DNA from: an uncultured delta proteobacterium | Lineage (GTDB): Bacteria; Desulfobacterota; Binatia; UBA9968 | Direction of reading: 5' to 3' | Length of the DNA stretch: 64,000 nt | Assembly (NCBI GenBank): GCA_963771465.1 | Contig: CAVYTU010000017.1 | Span: forward strand, 896,001 to 960,000 | Part shown: positions 1-10,729 of the stretch, one piece after another | Numbering within the stretch: the stretch's first letter is position 1 | How the letters are laid out: every line of letters begins with the position of its first letter | Position numbers and translations under genes: made by a program | Notes under the pieces: generated by a model | Seen by the model: the letters and a program-made list of their open reading frames with translations, nothing else | What the model was told of the DNA's origin: nothing | The model's database searches: none

Positions 1-378
1 CCCTTTATCGCCGCGGTGGCACTATTGAAAGGACGGCTTGCCTTGGCGGATTTTGACGGCGACGCATTAAAAGATCCCGAGGTATTGAAGCTGTCGGCAA
101 AGACCAGGCGGGAAGACGACCCCAACCACGGCCGGCCCAAATACGCCTCCGGCCACGTCTTCGTGAAGACCAAAGACGGCAAGGTTTACGAAGAACGCCA
201 GCACATCCATCCGGGCCACGTGGAAAATCCGGTGTCGGCCGCGGACGTTCAAGAAAAATACCGTTACAACGCATTGCGTCAGGTGAGTCAGGATAAGACC
301 GAGGCACTGATGCGCCAGGTCATGACGATCGAGCAAGTCGCCGACATGCGCGAGCTGACTGAGCAGTTGCGGTTCTAA
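1..378 (+). CDS. MmgE/PrpD family protein, C-terminal part (runs off the window start)
   Basis: Open frame from the window edge; PrpD C-terminal pattern '...PGHVENPVSAADVQEKY'. Confidence 0.75.
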   Translation, partial: PFIAAVALLKGRLALADFDGDALKDPEVLKLSAKTRREDDPNHGRPKYASGHVFVKTKDGKVYEERQHIHPGHVENPVSAADVQEKYRYNALRQVSQDKTEALMRQVMTIEQVADMRELTEQLRF

Positions 379-498
379 TCTAAAGCAGCAGCCAAAGAGG
401 CGCACCAACCATAAGCGGGGTTAAGTCCGGCGGATGCGCTCAATCTCTCGCGCCGGTCTCAAGAACGTGGCCGGCTGTCGAGTCGTGACGACACTGAA

Positions 499-1608
499 TT
501 ACCAGCTGGCGTGCATGACTTGCGAGATTCGCCGACGGGTATCAGGGTCATCCTTGCCGAGTTGATGGAGCTGCTGGCGGCAAATGCACTGACAAAATGC
601 GATGGCCGCCTGGCAGACGATCATGTTTTTGCCATTCATCGTTCGGTGTCCGGTCAAACGGCCCTGGCGGAGAAAAACGGTTTCTTCGGGGTGATAAATC
701 AAATCGTAGAAGCGAGTGTGCTGGGGAATGGTTTGCACTAGCGATTCTGATTCGCGGTTATTTGCGGCGATATCGGTTTCGGCAAGTGCCCGCCATTGCT
801 GCTCGAAATTCGTATTTAGCCCAAGGGACAGAGCCGGTGGATTGGCCGATGCCAAAGCAGAGTAAGGCTCCAGTATCGTCGCCATGCCGTTGGCAAGCTT
901 GCGCACGCCGCCTTGACCTTTGGTCGTGCTGTTGACGATCAAACCGACTTGCGGCGCCCATTTTGGGATTTCCGATTCATCTATCGCGACCGCCTGACGG
1001 CCGAGCTTAGCGATTTCGCTGGCGAGAGATTCGGCGTGCTCGCGGGTACGGTTGGCGATGATCAGGTTTCCTTTGCCGATGTGATCGCTCATGTGAAACG
1101 CTACTGCGCGCGCGGAACCGCCGGCGCCGAGGAGCAGAACGTTCATACCGTCGAGGGAAGTTACGAAGGCTTCCCCCTGTCCCGGCGCCACCAGCAGCAA
1201 ACTATCGATGAAGCCCGCGCCGTCGGTGTTGTAGCCGATGAGTTTGCCGTCTGGATTCTTTACGATCGTGTTGGCCGCGTGGATTCTCTGTGCGGCCGAA
1301 TCGAGCTCGTCGAGAAACTCGATTACGCGCAGCTTATGCGGTACGGTGACGTTGATGCCCAGGAAGCGATCGGATCGCCGCAGGGTCTGCAGCAGTTCGC
1401 CGACCCGCGCGTCGGCGACATCCAATGGCACGTAAATGGCGTTCATCGCCAGATGATCAAAAGTGGCATTCCACAATGCGGGGCTTTTCGAATATTGCGA
1501 CGGGCTGTCGCCAATGACGCCGGCGATGAGTTTGTCGCCGATGGCGTTTTCATCCAGCGAATTGGCAATCAATGATCGCAGCGCGGCGATATCTTTGGCT
1601 AGAGGCAT
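499..1608 (-). CDS. aroE: Shikimate dehydrogenase
   Basis: SKSP, GINVTVPHK, AANT, GYNTDG, GAGGSARA and DLIYHP motifs. Confidence 0.9.
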   Translation of the reverse strand: MPLAKDIAALRSLIANSLDENAIGDKLIAGVIGDSPSQYSKSPALWNATFDHLAMNAIYVPLDVADARVGELLQTLRRSDRFLGINVTVPHKLRVIEFLDELDSAAQRIHAANTIVKNPDGKLIGYNTDGAGFIDSLLLVAPGQGEAFVTSLDGMNVLLLGAGGSARAVAFHMSDHIGKGNLIIANRTREHAESLASEIAKLGRQAVAIDESEIPKWAPQVGLIVNSTTKGQGGVRKLANGMATILEPYSALASANPPALSLGLNTNFEQQWRALAETDIAANNRESESLVQTIPQHTRFYDLIYHPEETVFLRQGRLTGHRTMNGKNMIVCQAAIAFCQCICRQQLHQLGKDDPDTRRRISQVMHASW

Positions 1609-1680
1609 GTGGCGACCGTTCCGCTATTGTAGTCGCACGGCACCGTAGTTTTGGCAACTGGAAGCGGCGAGAGTGAGCCG

Positions 1681-3114
1681 CTAGATGGATTTTCTGATGG
1701 CGAGCTTGTTATCGCTAAAAGAGAGAAAGGTCGGGTTGCCGTCGATCACCGTCTCCATGGCGACATCGTAACCCCAGAGCTGTTGCAAATATTTCATTGT
1801 TTTCTCGGCGTAATCCAACTGCAGGTCGCGGCCGTCGTGTTCGTGTTTGAGCAGGAGGGTGCGGTTGTGCTTGTAGTCCGAATCTTCGACTTTGATCACC
1901 GGGATCGAGCCGGTGCCGACATTTTGGATCAGCGTGTCTTTGATCTGGCGCCAATTTTCTTCGTCAGCGACGCGGGTGACGACTTGCTCGTTGCCGCGGG
2001 TATTATATTCGAACAGATTGAGCTCGCGCATTAACTCTTCGGTCAAGTAACGGCGCAAAAACGACGAGTCGCGCTCGACCTCGCGGACTTCGAAAAGCTT
2101 TTCGTTGCCGGCCTTTTTGCGCGGGCCGAACTCTTCGATTTCTTCCTTGCTCGGGTTGTTCCAGCGCTTTTCAATGTCTTCCCAGATTTTCATGCCGACG
2201 TGATAGGGATTCAAACTGCCGGGCGAGGGGCGCAGCACTTGGGTATGGCGCACGATGAATTCCAGATGCAGCCCTTGGGGCAGGTCCAAGGCTTCGAGAA
2301 TGCGCTTGTGCCAAAAGCTCGCCCAGCCTTCGTTCATGATCTTGGTCTCGATTTGCGGCACGAAATACTGGGCTTGCTCGTGCACGATGGTCAGGAGATC
2401 TTTTTCCCATTCGGCGAGCTCAGGGTTGTGATCGCGCACGAAAATCAGCAGATCTTCGTCTGGAAAGAGCGGCACTTTTCTTAAATCGGGATCGACCCGT
2501 TCGGGTCGGCGATGGACCGCGCTGAACGGGTCGACGCTCGGTTTGGCCTCGTCCAGTTTGCGTTGGCGTTCCTCGCTCGGGGTGGGTTTTTTGATTGCAA
2601 GATTGCGCCGGCACTGTAAGGACAAGGCGTGCGCGGCGTCGAGGATCGCTTCCACTTTTTCTAGTCCGATGCTCGGGTCTTCGACATAGTGGCGCACGCG
2701 AGTCGCGTGGCTTTTGAAGGACTCGATGGTGTATTGCGCGCCCGTGGGCCGAAAGGTGAAATTGTTTTTGAAAAAATCGTTGTGGCCGTACACATGGGCG
2801 ATGGTGAGGACCTGCAAGGCCAGCGTGTTGTCGCGCATCAGATAGGCGATGGACGGGTTCGAATTGATCACCATTTCATAGGGCAAGCCGCTGACGCCGT
2901 AATCGTAAAGTGTTTTGAGCTTCTCGAAATTTTTGCCGTAGGACCAGTGCGGATAGTGCGCCGGCATACCTGAGTACACCATGTAGGACAACATGTCTTC
3001 ATGGTCGCAAATCTCAAACTCCTGCGGGTAGGGATCGAGACCGAAGCGTTCGACCAACGTAATGATGCGCTCGTTCCAACGTTCCAAGTCTTCGACGGAG
3101 TAACTGGTTGTCAT
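1681..3114 (-). CDS. spoVR: SpoVR/YcgB family protein
   Basis: YPHWSYGK, YEMVINSNP, HVYGHNDFFKNN, TKIMNEGWASFWH; third gene of the prkA operon. Confidence 0.95.
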   Translation of the reverse strand: MTTSYSVEDLERWNERIITLVERFGLDPYPQEFEICDHEDMLSYMVYSGMPAHYPHWSYGKNFEKLKTLYDYGVSGLPYEMVINSNPSIAYLMRDNTLALQVLTIAHVYGHNDFFKNNFTFRPTGAQYTIESFKSHATRVRHYVEDPSIGLEKVEAILDAAHALSLQCRRNLAIKKPTPSEERQRKLDEAKPSVDPFSAVHRRPERVDPDLRKVPLFPDEDLLIFVRDHNPELAEWEKDLLTIVHEQAQYFVPQIETKIMNEGWASFWHKRILEALDLPQGLHLEFIVRHTQVLRPSPGSLNPYHVGMKIWEDIEKRWNNPSKEEIEEFGPRKKAGNEKLFEVREVERDSSFLRRYLTEELMRELNLFEYNTRGNEQVVTRVADEENWRQIKDTLIQNVGTGSIPVIKVEDSDYKHNRTLLLKHEHDGRDLQLDYAEKTMKYLQQLWGYDVAMETVIDGNPTFLSFSDNKLAIRKSI

Positions 3115-3124
3115 GGGAGTCGGT

Positions 3125-4306
3125 TTAGGCGGCGTCCTCGCGGGCCCGGTCTTTGCTCAGAAAGGTCTTGAACGATGTCCAGATGTCTTCTTTCTTTTGA
3201 ATCTGTACGGTTTGGAAATTGGCCGCTTGGATCTGCGAGAAAAACTGAATCATGCTGCTGCCGTAATAGCCCGAGCCCAGCGGTTTGATCTCGCCGTAAC
3301 CGAAAAGATTGGCGGTCTTGGTCAACTCCTCGGCGGCTTTGAGCGCCGCCGGGTTGTCCGAGTCGAAATTGTCGCCGTCGGAGCAATGGAAAGCGTAGAC
3401 GTTCCAGAGCGCCGGATGGTAGCGTTGCGCGATGATCTCCAGCGCCTTGACATAACCCGATGAGATGAACGTGCCGCCGGATTCGCCCTTGTGAAAGAAC
3501 TCCTCTTCGGTGACTTCGAAGGCTTCGGTGTGGTGCGCGATGAAAACGATCTCGACGTTTTGATAGCGCGTGCTGATGAATTGATAGAGCAGGAAAAAAA
3601 AGCTCCGCGCCAGGTATTTTTTCACCCGATCCATGGAGCCGGAAGTATCCATGATGCAAAGCACGACGGCGTTGGATTCGTTACGGATATCGCTAACCGC
3701 GTGATGGTAGCGCAGATCGTCTTTGTGAAACGGAAAGCGCCCCGAGGGCAGCATGGCGTGGCGCTTTAACGTCGCCTTCTTCCGCTTGATGCGCGAACGC
3801 GCGGTGCGCTTTTTGTCGAGACGGGCGCGGATGCCTTTGCGGCGAAAGCCTTTTTGCTTGAATAAGCGCTCGACTTCGATTTGGCGCAGCCGCTTGCGCT
3901 CGAGATCGGGCAGCTCCAAGTCCTCAAACATCAAATCGATCAGTTCGTCCAAGGTGACATCGGTCTCGTAATAATCGACGCCCGGTTTGTCGCCCGCCTG
4001 TTGGTTGCCTTTGCCGTCCTTGCCCTCGCCAATGACGTCACCGGGCTTGGGTTCGCCGTCGCCGCCTTGACCGACGCCCGGGGAGTTATCACCGTAGACG
4101 AAGCGATATTCCTTTACCCCACGAATCGGCACTTTGATAATCCGATTCTTGTCTTTACCGATGATCGATTCCTCGGCGATGATATCGGCGATGTTGTCGC
4201 GAATCGCTTCGCGCACTTTTTGCTTGTGGCGCAGCCGGTCGCCGGCAGTGCGATCGCTGCGCTGGCCGGAAGAGGAGTTATAGGGACGAAAAATCGATGA
4301 GATCAT
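3125..4306 (-). CDS. yeaH: YeaH/YhbH (DUF444) vWA-like protein
   Basis: MDTSGSM, GESGGT and HCSDGDN motifs; ATG at 4306 chosen; lies between prkA and spoVR. Confidence 0.92.
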   Translation of the reverse strand: MISSIFRPYNSSSGQRSDRTAGDRLRHKQKVREAIRDNIADIIAEESIIGKDKNRIIKVPIRGVKEYRFVYGDNSPGVGQGGDGEPKPGDVIGEGKDGKGNQQAGDKPGVDYYETDVTLDELIDLMFEDLELPDLERKRLRQIEVERLFKQKGFRRKGIRARLDKKRTARSRIKRKKATLKRHAMLPSGRFPFHKDDLRYHHAVSDIRNESNAVVLCIMDTSGSMDRVKKYLARSFFFLLYQFISTRYQNVEIVFIAHHTEAFEVTEEEFFHKGESGGTFISSGYVKALEIIAQRYHPALWNVYAFHCSDGDNFDSDNPAALKAAEELTKTANLFGYGEIKPLGSGYYGSSMIQFFSQIQAANFQTVQIQKKEDIWTSFKTFLSKDRAREDAA

Positions 4307-4340
4307 TGACCTACCGCGATGTCCTATTCGGCGCTCGGAA

Positions 4341-6275
4341 TCAATCCTTCCACAGATTATTCGCCGCGTACTTGAGCACCACATCGACGCAGCTCTGGCA
4401 GTAGCCGTGTTCGAGCAGGCTTTTCACCATGGTGTTGTATTTTTCCGATTGCTCTTCGTCGCGCATGCGCGCCTTGGTGATCACCCGGCTTAGATCGCGC
4501 ACCGATGTAACGAGCTTTTTCTCGATCGCTTCTTTCAACGGCTCGTAGCTGCGGTAGTCGATTTTCTCACCGCGCCGGTTGGCCGCCCAGAGATACGCGA
4601 TCACTTCTTGGCGGAAACCGTCGGCGGCGGAGCCGATGATGGCGATCTGTTCTTCGATCGATTTCATGAAGCTTTCATCGGGCGTCAGCTCTTCTTTAGT
4701 GTTGCGGTCCTTGACCTTGCTCTTGTTGATATAGGCTTCGGCATGGTCGAGATAATTCTGAAATAGCCCCTCGGCTTGTTCCTGATAGGAATAAACGAAG
4801 GCGCGCGTGATCTCTTTTTCCAATAGCTCCAAATATTCTTTATGAAGCGTGTCCTGGAGAACTTCCAAAAATTGCTTGCGGGTATCGTCCGGCAGATCGG
4901 CTTCTTTGACCATGTTGATCAGCGCTTCGCGCACGTTGATCGGGTTGATGCAATTACCCTTCATGTTGTCGGAGAGCGCGTTGTCCAGGGCCTTCATAAT
5001 AAAGCGCGTCGAGATGCCCGACATGCCTTCCCGTTTGACGCTTTCGCGAAGCTCCTGAACGTCGACTTTCTTGGTCCGGCCTTTTTCGACCACTTCCTCG
5101 CCGTTATAAAGCTTGAGCTTGGTCATGAGGTCGCACTTGTTGGTCGGCTCCAGGCGCGACAGGATCGCGAACATCGAAGCGACTTCCAAGGTGTGCGGCG
5201 CGACATGGGCGCGGAAGTCCGAGTTGCGGATGATCTTCTGATAAATCTTCACTTCTTCGGATAGGCGCAGGTTGTAGGGCACGCGTACGGCAACGATGCG
5301 GTCGAGGATCGCCTCGTTGGTATGATCGGCTTTGAATTTCTGCCACTCGGCCTCGTTGGAATGGGCGACGATGACCGTGTCGACGTAGACCAAGCCATGG
5401 CGGCCCGGCGCCGGCACGACTTTTTCCTGCGTCGCGGTGATCATACAGTGGAGATACTCGATCTCGTTTTTAAATACTTCGATAAACTCGACGACACCGC
5501 GGTTGCCGACGTTTAACGCGCCATTGAGTTCCAATACTCGCGGGTCGCCTTCTGAATAGAGATCGAGCTTCGAAATATCTTCGCTGCCGATCAGCACGGA
5601 GGTGTCCTGGTTGTTGGGGTCGACCGGCGGCACCACGCCGATACCGACCCGCGCGCGTTTGGAAAACTCCATCGTGCGCACCGGAAACTCTTCGTATTTC
5701 CCGGCGAACTCGTTTTGTAGTCGGTAGCGGCACACTGGGCAGAGGTCGCCTTCGATGTGGACGCCGAGCATTTTCTCAAACTCTTTACGGAGATGGCGCG
5801 GAATCAGATGCAACGGTTCTTCGAACATCGGACAACCGTCGATGGCATAAAACGGATCGCTTTCTTCCAGGCCGCGATGCAACTTTTCGGCCAGCGAGCT
5901 TTTACCCGAGCCGACTGGACCCATCAAGTAAAGCACCTGGCGGCTCTCTTCGCCTTTCAGCGATGCGGCGTGGAAATAGCGCACGATCTGCGAGATGGTT
6001 TTTTCGATGCCGAAGAATTCTTCAGCAAAAAAATCATAAAGTTTTACCGATTCATCTTTATAGAGCCGTTGGACATGGGGATCATGGTTTTCGTGGATGT
6101 CGCGGATGCCAGTTTTGATTAGGGTGTCGTAGAGGCGGGCGTGGGCTAATTTTGTTATCGATGGGTCCGACTTTACTTTATCGAGATAACCGAGCAGATT
6201 GCCGCGCCACGATCGCGCTTGATGCTCGTCGCGGTCTTTCTTGATCAGTTTTTCAAATTCCTTATTATGGTCCAT
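4341..6275 (-). CDS. prkA: PrkA/YeaG AAA+ serine protein kinase
   Basis: Walker A GPVGSGKS, GCPMFEEPL, NRGVVEFIEVFK, GISTRF. Confidence 0.95.
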   Translation of the reverse strand: MDHNKEFEKLIKKDRDEHQARSWRGNLLGYLDKVKSDPSITKLAHARLYDTLIKTGIRDIHENHDPHVQRLYKDESVKLYDFFAEEFFGIEKTISQIVRYFHAASLKGEESRQVLYLMGPVGSGKSSLAEKLHRGLEESDPFYAIDGCPMFEEPLHLIPRHLRKEFEKMLGVHIEGDLCPVCRYRLQNEFAGKYEEFPVRTMEFSKRARVGIGVVPPVDPNNQDTSVLIGSEDISKLDLYSEGDPRVLELNGALNVGNRGVVEFIEVFKNEIEYLHCMITATQEKVVPAPGRHGLVYVDTVIVAHSNEAEWQKFKADHTNEAILDRIVAVRVPYNLRLSEEVKIYQKIIRNSDFRAHVAPHTLEVASMFAILSRLEPTNKCDLMTKLKLYNGEEVVEKGRTKKVDVQELRESVKREGMSGISTRFIMKALDNALSDNMKGNCINPINVREALINMVKEADLPDDTRKQFLEVLQDTLHKEYLELLEKEITRAFVYSYQEQAEGLFQNYLDHAEAYINKSKVKDRNTKEELTPDESFMKSIEEQIAIIGSAADGFRQEVIAYLWAANRRGEKIDYRSYEPLKEAIEKKLVTSVRDLSRVITKARMRDEEQSEKYNTMVKSLLEHGYCQSCVDVVLKYAANNLWKD

Positions 6276-6783
6276 TCCAACAGCCTCCCTTTTTTGTATC
6301 GCTAAAGAAAGTCGTTAATTTGAACGTACTCATGCAGCCAAACCCTGGATGTGTGGGAAATAGCAATGCGCTGTGAGCGATGACGGGGCACCAAGCAGAC
6401 GAAAACACTATGCGTGATTCGTGCATCACCTTGAATAAAATAAGCGGCGAAAAAAGGAGACGATGCCGGTAACGGCGCGAAGGGTTCTCTGGGAGTATGT
6501 TACGGCTCGCACGCGACCTCCTTTTATAATGCGGTCGGCTCGCCAATTGGCATTCTAGTCGTTAGACGACAGCCAAGAACATGATCTTCAGTACACCCGA
6601 TGTTCGACGAGGTTTATTGAAACGTTATTTCGCGTTAAAGTCAAGAATATTCTGGGTTTATCGTCGAGAAAACGATCGTTGATTGCATCGTCCGATGGTT
6701 ATCAAGCGTCGCATCCTCTGTTACAATGATCGACGAACGCGAGCAGCGGTTGAAAATCATTATCGCGGTGAGTGTCGATTACT

Positions 6784-7308
6784 ATGACGCAAGAAGCGCT
6801 ACAGATCGAACCGGGGCTGCGATGGTACGCCATCCAAGCCAAAGTCAATCGTGAAAAGGATGTCGAGAGACGCTTTAACGATTTGCACTTGGAGGTATTT
6901 TTGCCGTGGATGCGGGCGCGCCGGCGCATCGGCAGCAAATTTCACTGGGTGATGGTGCCATTGTTTCCCGGTTATGTATTCTCCCGGCTCGATATGGTTC
7001 TGTCCGGAAAAGCCGCGCGTTATTCACCCGGAGTGAAAGACTTTCTAACCTTCGGCAGCCGGGTTGCCGAAGTGTCGGAAGAGATCATTGAAGGCTTGCG
7101 AGAGCGCTGCCCCGGCGGGATTGCCGAGATCGATCCGGTCAAAGCCAAGCCTGGTGATACCGTGCGCATCAATGAAGGTCCATTCTCCGGCCTCGAAGCG
7201 ATTTTCGATGAAAAGCTCAAAGGCAGCGAACGCGTCGCCGTGCTGCTCGAAATTCTCGGGCGCCAGACCCGCATCGTCCTGCCGAGCGAAACCATTGCGA
7301 AGGTGTAG
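6784..7308 (+). CDS. RfaH/NusG-paralog transcription antiterminator
   Basis: NGN domain (WYAIQAK, PLFPGYVF) plus KOW domain (GDTVRINEGPFSGLEAIF). Confidence 0.88.
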   Translation: MTQEALQIEPGLRWYAIQAKVNREKDVERRFNDLHLEVFLPWMRARRRIGSKFHWVMVPLFPGYVFSRLDMVLSGKAARYSPGVKDFLTFGSRVAEVSEEIIEGLRERCPGGIAEIDPVKAKPGDTVRINEGPFSGLEAIFDEKLKGSERVAVLLEILGRQTRIVLPSETIAKV

Positions 7309-7422
7309 TCCAAACCGTGCTGCTTTCCTACGCGTCCCAGGCGCGCTCGACTCATTCCTTGACAGCGTTCGACCAGCCCTGATAAAGCCCCCACATTGAA
7401 TTGAGCTCGTGAGGGGGATCGA

Positions 7423-9915
7423 ATGGGTCACCATTCTCGGCAACGGCGGCTGCTCTTTTTCATTACGGCTATTTTGGCTCTTGTCCTGTTAGGCCAGACT
7501 TTGGTGTCGTCCGGCCGCTGGTTGAATCAACCGTTCCCGGGATTTTTTATTTATCAAAACTTGACGGTCGCTCCATACTCCGTTCCCGGTTGGGACGGAA
7601 TGGCGGCGGGATTGCAATCCTTGGATCGTGTCGTCAGCGTCGGCGGCAGTGTGCTCAACGGCCGCGCCGAGCTCTATGACCGCGTTCGTCATCTTCCGGC
7701 GGGCTCAAAAATCAATTATCAGGTGATGCGCAACACTCAGCGGCTTGACCTGACGATTACGTCCAAGAGTTTCACTGTGCGCGACTGGCTGTTGAGCTTC
7801 GCTATCTATATCGTCATTGGCCTGGCGTTTCTCGTCATCGGCGTAGTGCCGTATTTTTACCGAGCGCCGTCGCCGGTAGCTTTGCCGCTTTGCTTCATGG
7901 TCATGGCGGTGTTCGTATGGTTTCAGACCACGTTCGATTTCATGACCGAGGGTTGGCTGCCCAAAGAGATCCGTATCTTCGCGCTGTGCCTGACACCGAG
8001 CGCGGCGATTCACTTGGCGCTGCTGCTCAGTCGAGGCCAGCGCAAAACGGCGCCCAATCGGCTTGTCGTGGCATCGATCTATGGTGCCGGCACCGCCATC
8101 GCCCTGCTCAATAGCTGGAGCTATTTCGCCGCGGTGGAGACTTGGCGGCTGTTATTTCGTATGGCTTACGGTTATGTCTTTGTCGGCGCGCTGGCGTTCT
8201 TGGTGATTACCGGAAGGGCGTTACGTTATTCGGAGTCTGATTTGGAACGTTCGCGGTTGCGCGTCATGTTCGTCGGCGCACTTGCCGGTTTTTTACTCCC
8301 CGCGCTGACCACGGTTTTGACGATTACGCTGCAACTGCCGATCCCTTACAATCTGGCGTTGGTGCCGACGGTTTTCTTTCCCATCTCGGTCGCTTACGCG
8401 CTACTAAAATACACTCTCTTCGATCTTGGCAGGGTTTTTAAGATAGCCCTCAGCCGCGTCGCCTTGCTCGTTGTCTTGTTCGCGCTCTATGCCGGCGTGG
8501 CATTTCTGGTCGCGCCATGGGCCGGCGAGAGTATCGAAGATCCGTTGGTTCTGATGTTGTTTGCCGTTCTCGTCGTACTTCTATTCAATCCATTGCTCGG
8601 TTGGCTGGAAGGAGTCGTCGATCGCTACATCTATCAGCAAGACTACGACCCAGAGAAAGTGCGCGGCGAAGTGAGCCATTTTCTCCGCACTTTGTCCGCC
8701 GCCCCAGCTATAGCTATGGGATTCCTCGACCGCGTCGTTACGCCGCTCAGCATCGAGCGGGCCGAGCTTTTCTACCGAACGAAAGATGCCGATCAATGGT
8801 TGACGGCCGCGACGGATGCGCCGGGCGAGAAGCTGCTCGCGGGCGCAGCCGACGAGCGCGATTGTTTGGCTCTCTGGAAAGATCATGACTGGCGCGTGAT
8901 TTCCCACGATGAAGTGTCGACCGACCCGCAGTTCGGCGAGCGCCGGGAACGGATGCTGCAACTTTTCGAGCGCAGGCGCGCGCAACTTTTGCTGCCGCTG
9001 GTGTACCAGCGTGAAGTTCGCGGCTTCGTGTCGTTTAGCGCCAAGCGATCGGGCCGTGAGTATAGCGCCGCCGATTACCGTTTACTGTCGACACTGACGG
9101 AACAATTGGCGTTGTCGCTGGAAAACGGCAGGCTCTACGAAGAGTCGCTACAGGCCTATCGCCGCGTCGAGGAGAGCAATAAGAAGTTGATCGAAAGCGA
9201 TCGCGTCAAAAAGGACTTCGTCGCCAACATCTGCCATGAACTGCGCACGCCGATCACGACGATTATTGGATTCGGTGAAGTCCTGCGTGAATTCACAATT
9301 CCGGTGGATGCACGCGCGATTCTCGACAAGCTGGTGAACAATGGTCAAGAGCTGTCGAGCTTGATGGACAATCTGATGAATTATTCGCGCATGGAAGCGA
9401 AGATCTCCGGCACCGCAGCGCAGTTCGAGATCGTCAAGCTCAAAGAAATATTGGGCGCGCTTGAAATGATGACCCAGCGCTTGATCCGGGCGCGGCCCAT
9501 CGAGTTCGGCATACACATCGAATCGGCCATCGATACCATCGAGAGCGACGGCCAAAAGGTCCAGCAGATACTCGTCCAACTGCTCACCAACGCGCTGAAG
9601 TTTACCGAAAAAGGCCGCATCGATTTGTCGATCCGAGAACAGCGTGAGCGTGGCACTCTTGAAATCGCCGTGGCCGATACCGGTATCGGCATCAAGCGCG
9701 AGGATCAGGAACTTATTTTTGAGGACTTCCGCCAGCTCGACGGTTCGTCGACGCGTCACTACGGCGGCACTGGACTTGGACTTGGCCTTTGTAGGAAATT
9801 CGCAGCGGCTCTCGGCGGCGAGATTGAAGTGGCCAGCGAAATAGGCGTCGGCAGCGTGTTTAAATTGTTATTGCCGGTGCGCCCGGCGCAAACCGCGGAA
9901 CGCTTCGCAGCTTAG
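7423..9915 (+). CDS. Membrane sensor histidine kinase (PDZ, multi-TM, GAF, HisKA, HATPase)
   Basis: PDZ-like AGLQSLDRVVSV; about 9 TM segments; CHELRTP H-box; NALKFT, DTGIGI and GTGLGL boxes. Confidence 0.9.
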   Translation: MGHHSRQRRLLFFITAILALVLLGQTLVSSGRWLNQPFPGFFIYQNLTVAPYSVPGWDGMAAGLQSLDRVVSVGGSVLNGRAELYDRVRHLPAGSKINYQVMRNTQRLDLTITSKSFTVRDWLLSFAIYIVIGLAFLVIGVVPYFYRAPSPVALPLCFMVMAVFVWFQTTFDFMTEGWLPKEIRIFALCLTPSAAIHLALLLSRGQRKTAPNRLVVASIYGAGTAIALLNSWSYFAAVETWRLLFRMAYGYVFVGALAFLVITGRALRYSESDLERSRLRVMFVGALAGFLLPALTTVLTITLQLPIPYNLALVPTVFFPISVAYALLKYTLFDLGRVFKIALSRVALLVVLFALYAGVAFLVAPWAGESIEDPLVLMLFAVLVVLLFNPLLGWLEGVVDRYIYQQDYDPEKVRGEVSHFLRTLSAAPAIAMGFLDRVVTPLSIERAELFYRTKDADQWLTAATDAPGEKLLAGAADERDCLALWKDHDWRVISHDEVSTDPQFGERRERMLQLFERRRAQLLLPLVYQREVRGFVSFSAKRSGREYSAADYRLLSTLTEQLALSLENGRLYEESLQAYRRVEESNKKLIESDRVKKDFVANICHELRTPITTIIGFGEVLREFTIPVDARAILDKLVNNGQELSSLMDNLMNYSRMEAKISGTAAQFEIVKLKEILGALEMMTQRLIRARPIEFGIHIESAIDTIESDGQKVQQILVQLLTNALKFTEKGRIDLSIREQRERGTLEIAVADTGIGIKREDQELIFEDFRQLDGSSTRHYGGTGLGLGLCRKFAAALGGEIEVASEIGVGSVFKLLLPVRPAQTAERFAA

Positions 9916-9997
9916 GGCGCGACGAAATGGTTGCAGTGATTTTGCGCGAGTCCTGTGTTACATTCGCGCCACCAACACAGAAAGGTAGAAAGCGTTT

Positions 9998-10711
9998 ATG
10001 CCCCAGTTACGTCAATTGGTAATCGCCGCCGAAGATCCTGTCCGTTTGGCCGGCTTCTACCAAGAGGTCTTCGATCTCGAAAAGATTGAAGAAAACGCCG
10101 CCGTGGTGTTTCTCTCCGATGGCACGTTCAACTTGTCGTTGATGCGCGAGACCGAGCCGGCGAAGCAAGGATTTCGCCACCTGGGTTTCGACACCACCCG
10201 CGCCGAGTCGGTGCGACTAAAACTGGCCCATGTAGAGACCGCTGACCGCGAGGTTCACGAGGTGAATTCCGCCGCCGGCATCGATCACGAGCTGCATGAT
10301 CCCGACGGTAATCTGATCGGTATTTCACGGCGCGCTTTTGATGTTGCCTACCAGCAAAGACCGGTGCCGATTCGCCACATCGCGCTCTACACGCCCAATC
10401 CCCAGCGCATGCGCGACTTTTATTGCAGCGTCCTTGACATGAAGGAAGTCGAGCGCACCGATCGCTCATCGATCTTCGTCTCCGACGGCTATTTCAACTT
10501 GGCGCTCTTGTACCAAAGGAAAGAAGAACCCATGGGGCTCAATCATTTTGGCTTTCATGTCAAAAGCAATGAAGAGATGCAGGCCCGCGCGGAGAAGGCC
10601 GGTGTGCGCCGCGGCGCCAAGCGGCCCGACCGCATTCCCTTCGCCGAATATCGCGTGCATGATCCCGAGGGCAACGGCATCGATATCTCGCAAAAGGGTT
10701 GGCATGTATGA
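9998..10711 (+). CDS. Two-domain VOC/glyoxalase family protein
   Basis: Duplicated VOC modules (HLGF/HFGF; DPDGN/DPEGN). Confidence 0.85.
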   Translation: MPQLRQLVIAAEDPVRLAGFYQEVFDLEKIEENAAVVFLSDGTFNLSLMRETEPAKQGFRHLGFDTTRAESVRLKLAHVETADREVHEVNSAAGIDHELHDPDGNLIGISRRAFDVAYQQRPVPIRHIALYTPNPQRMRDFYCSVLDMKEVERTDRSSIFVSDGYFNLALLYQRKEEPMGLNHFGFHVKSNEEMQARAEKAGVRRGAKRPDRIPFAEYRVHDPEGNGIDISQKGWHV

Positions 10712-10729
10712 CCAAAGCGTTACCGGGTC

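Noticed and set aside
1681-6275. prkA-yeaH-spoVR as a novel system
   Set aside because: It is a widely conserved, already described operon.
6530-6548. Sigma54 promoter for prkA (minus-strand TGGCGA-N5-CCGCA)
   Set aside because: GG-N10-GC spacing fits, but the match to TGGCAC/TTGC is too poor in GC-rich DNA.
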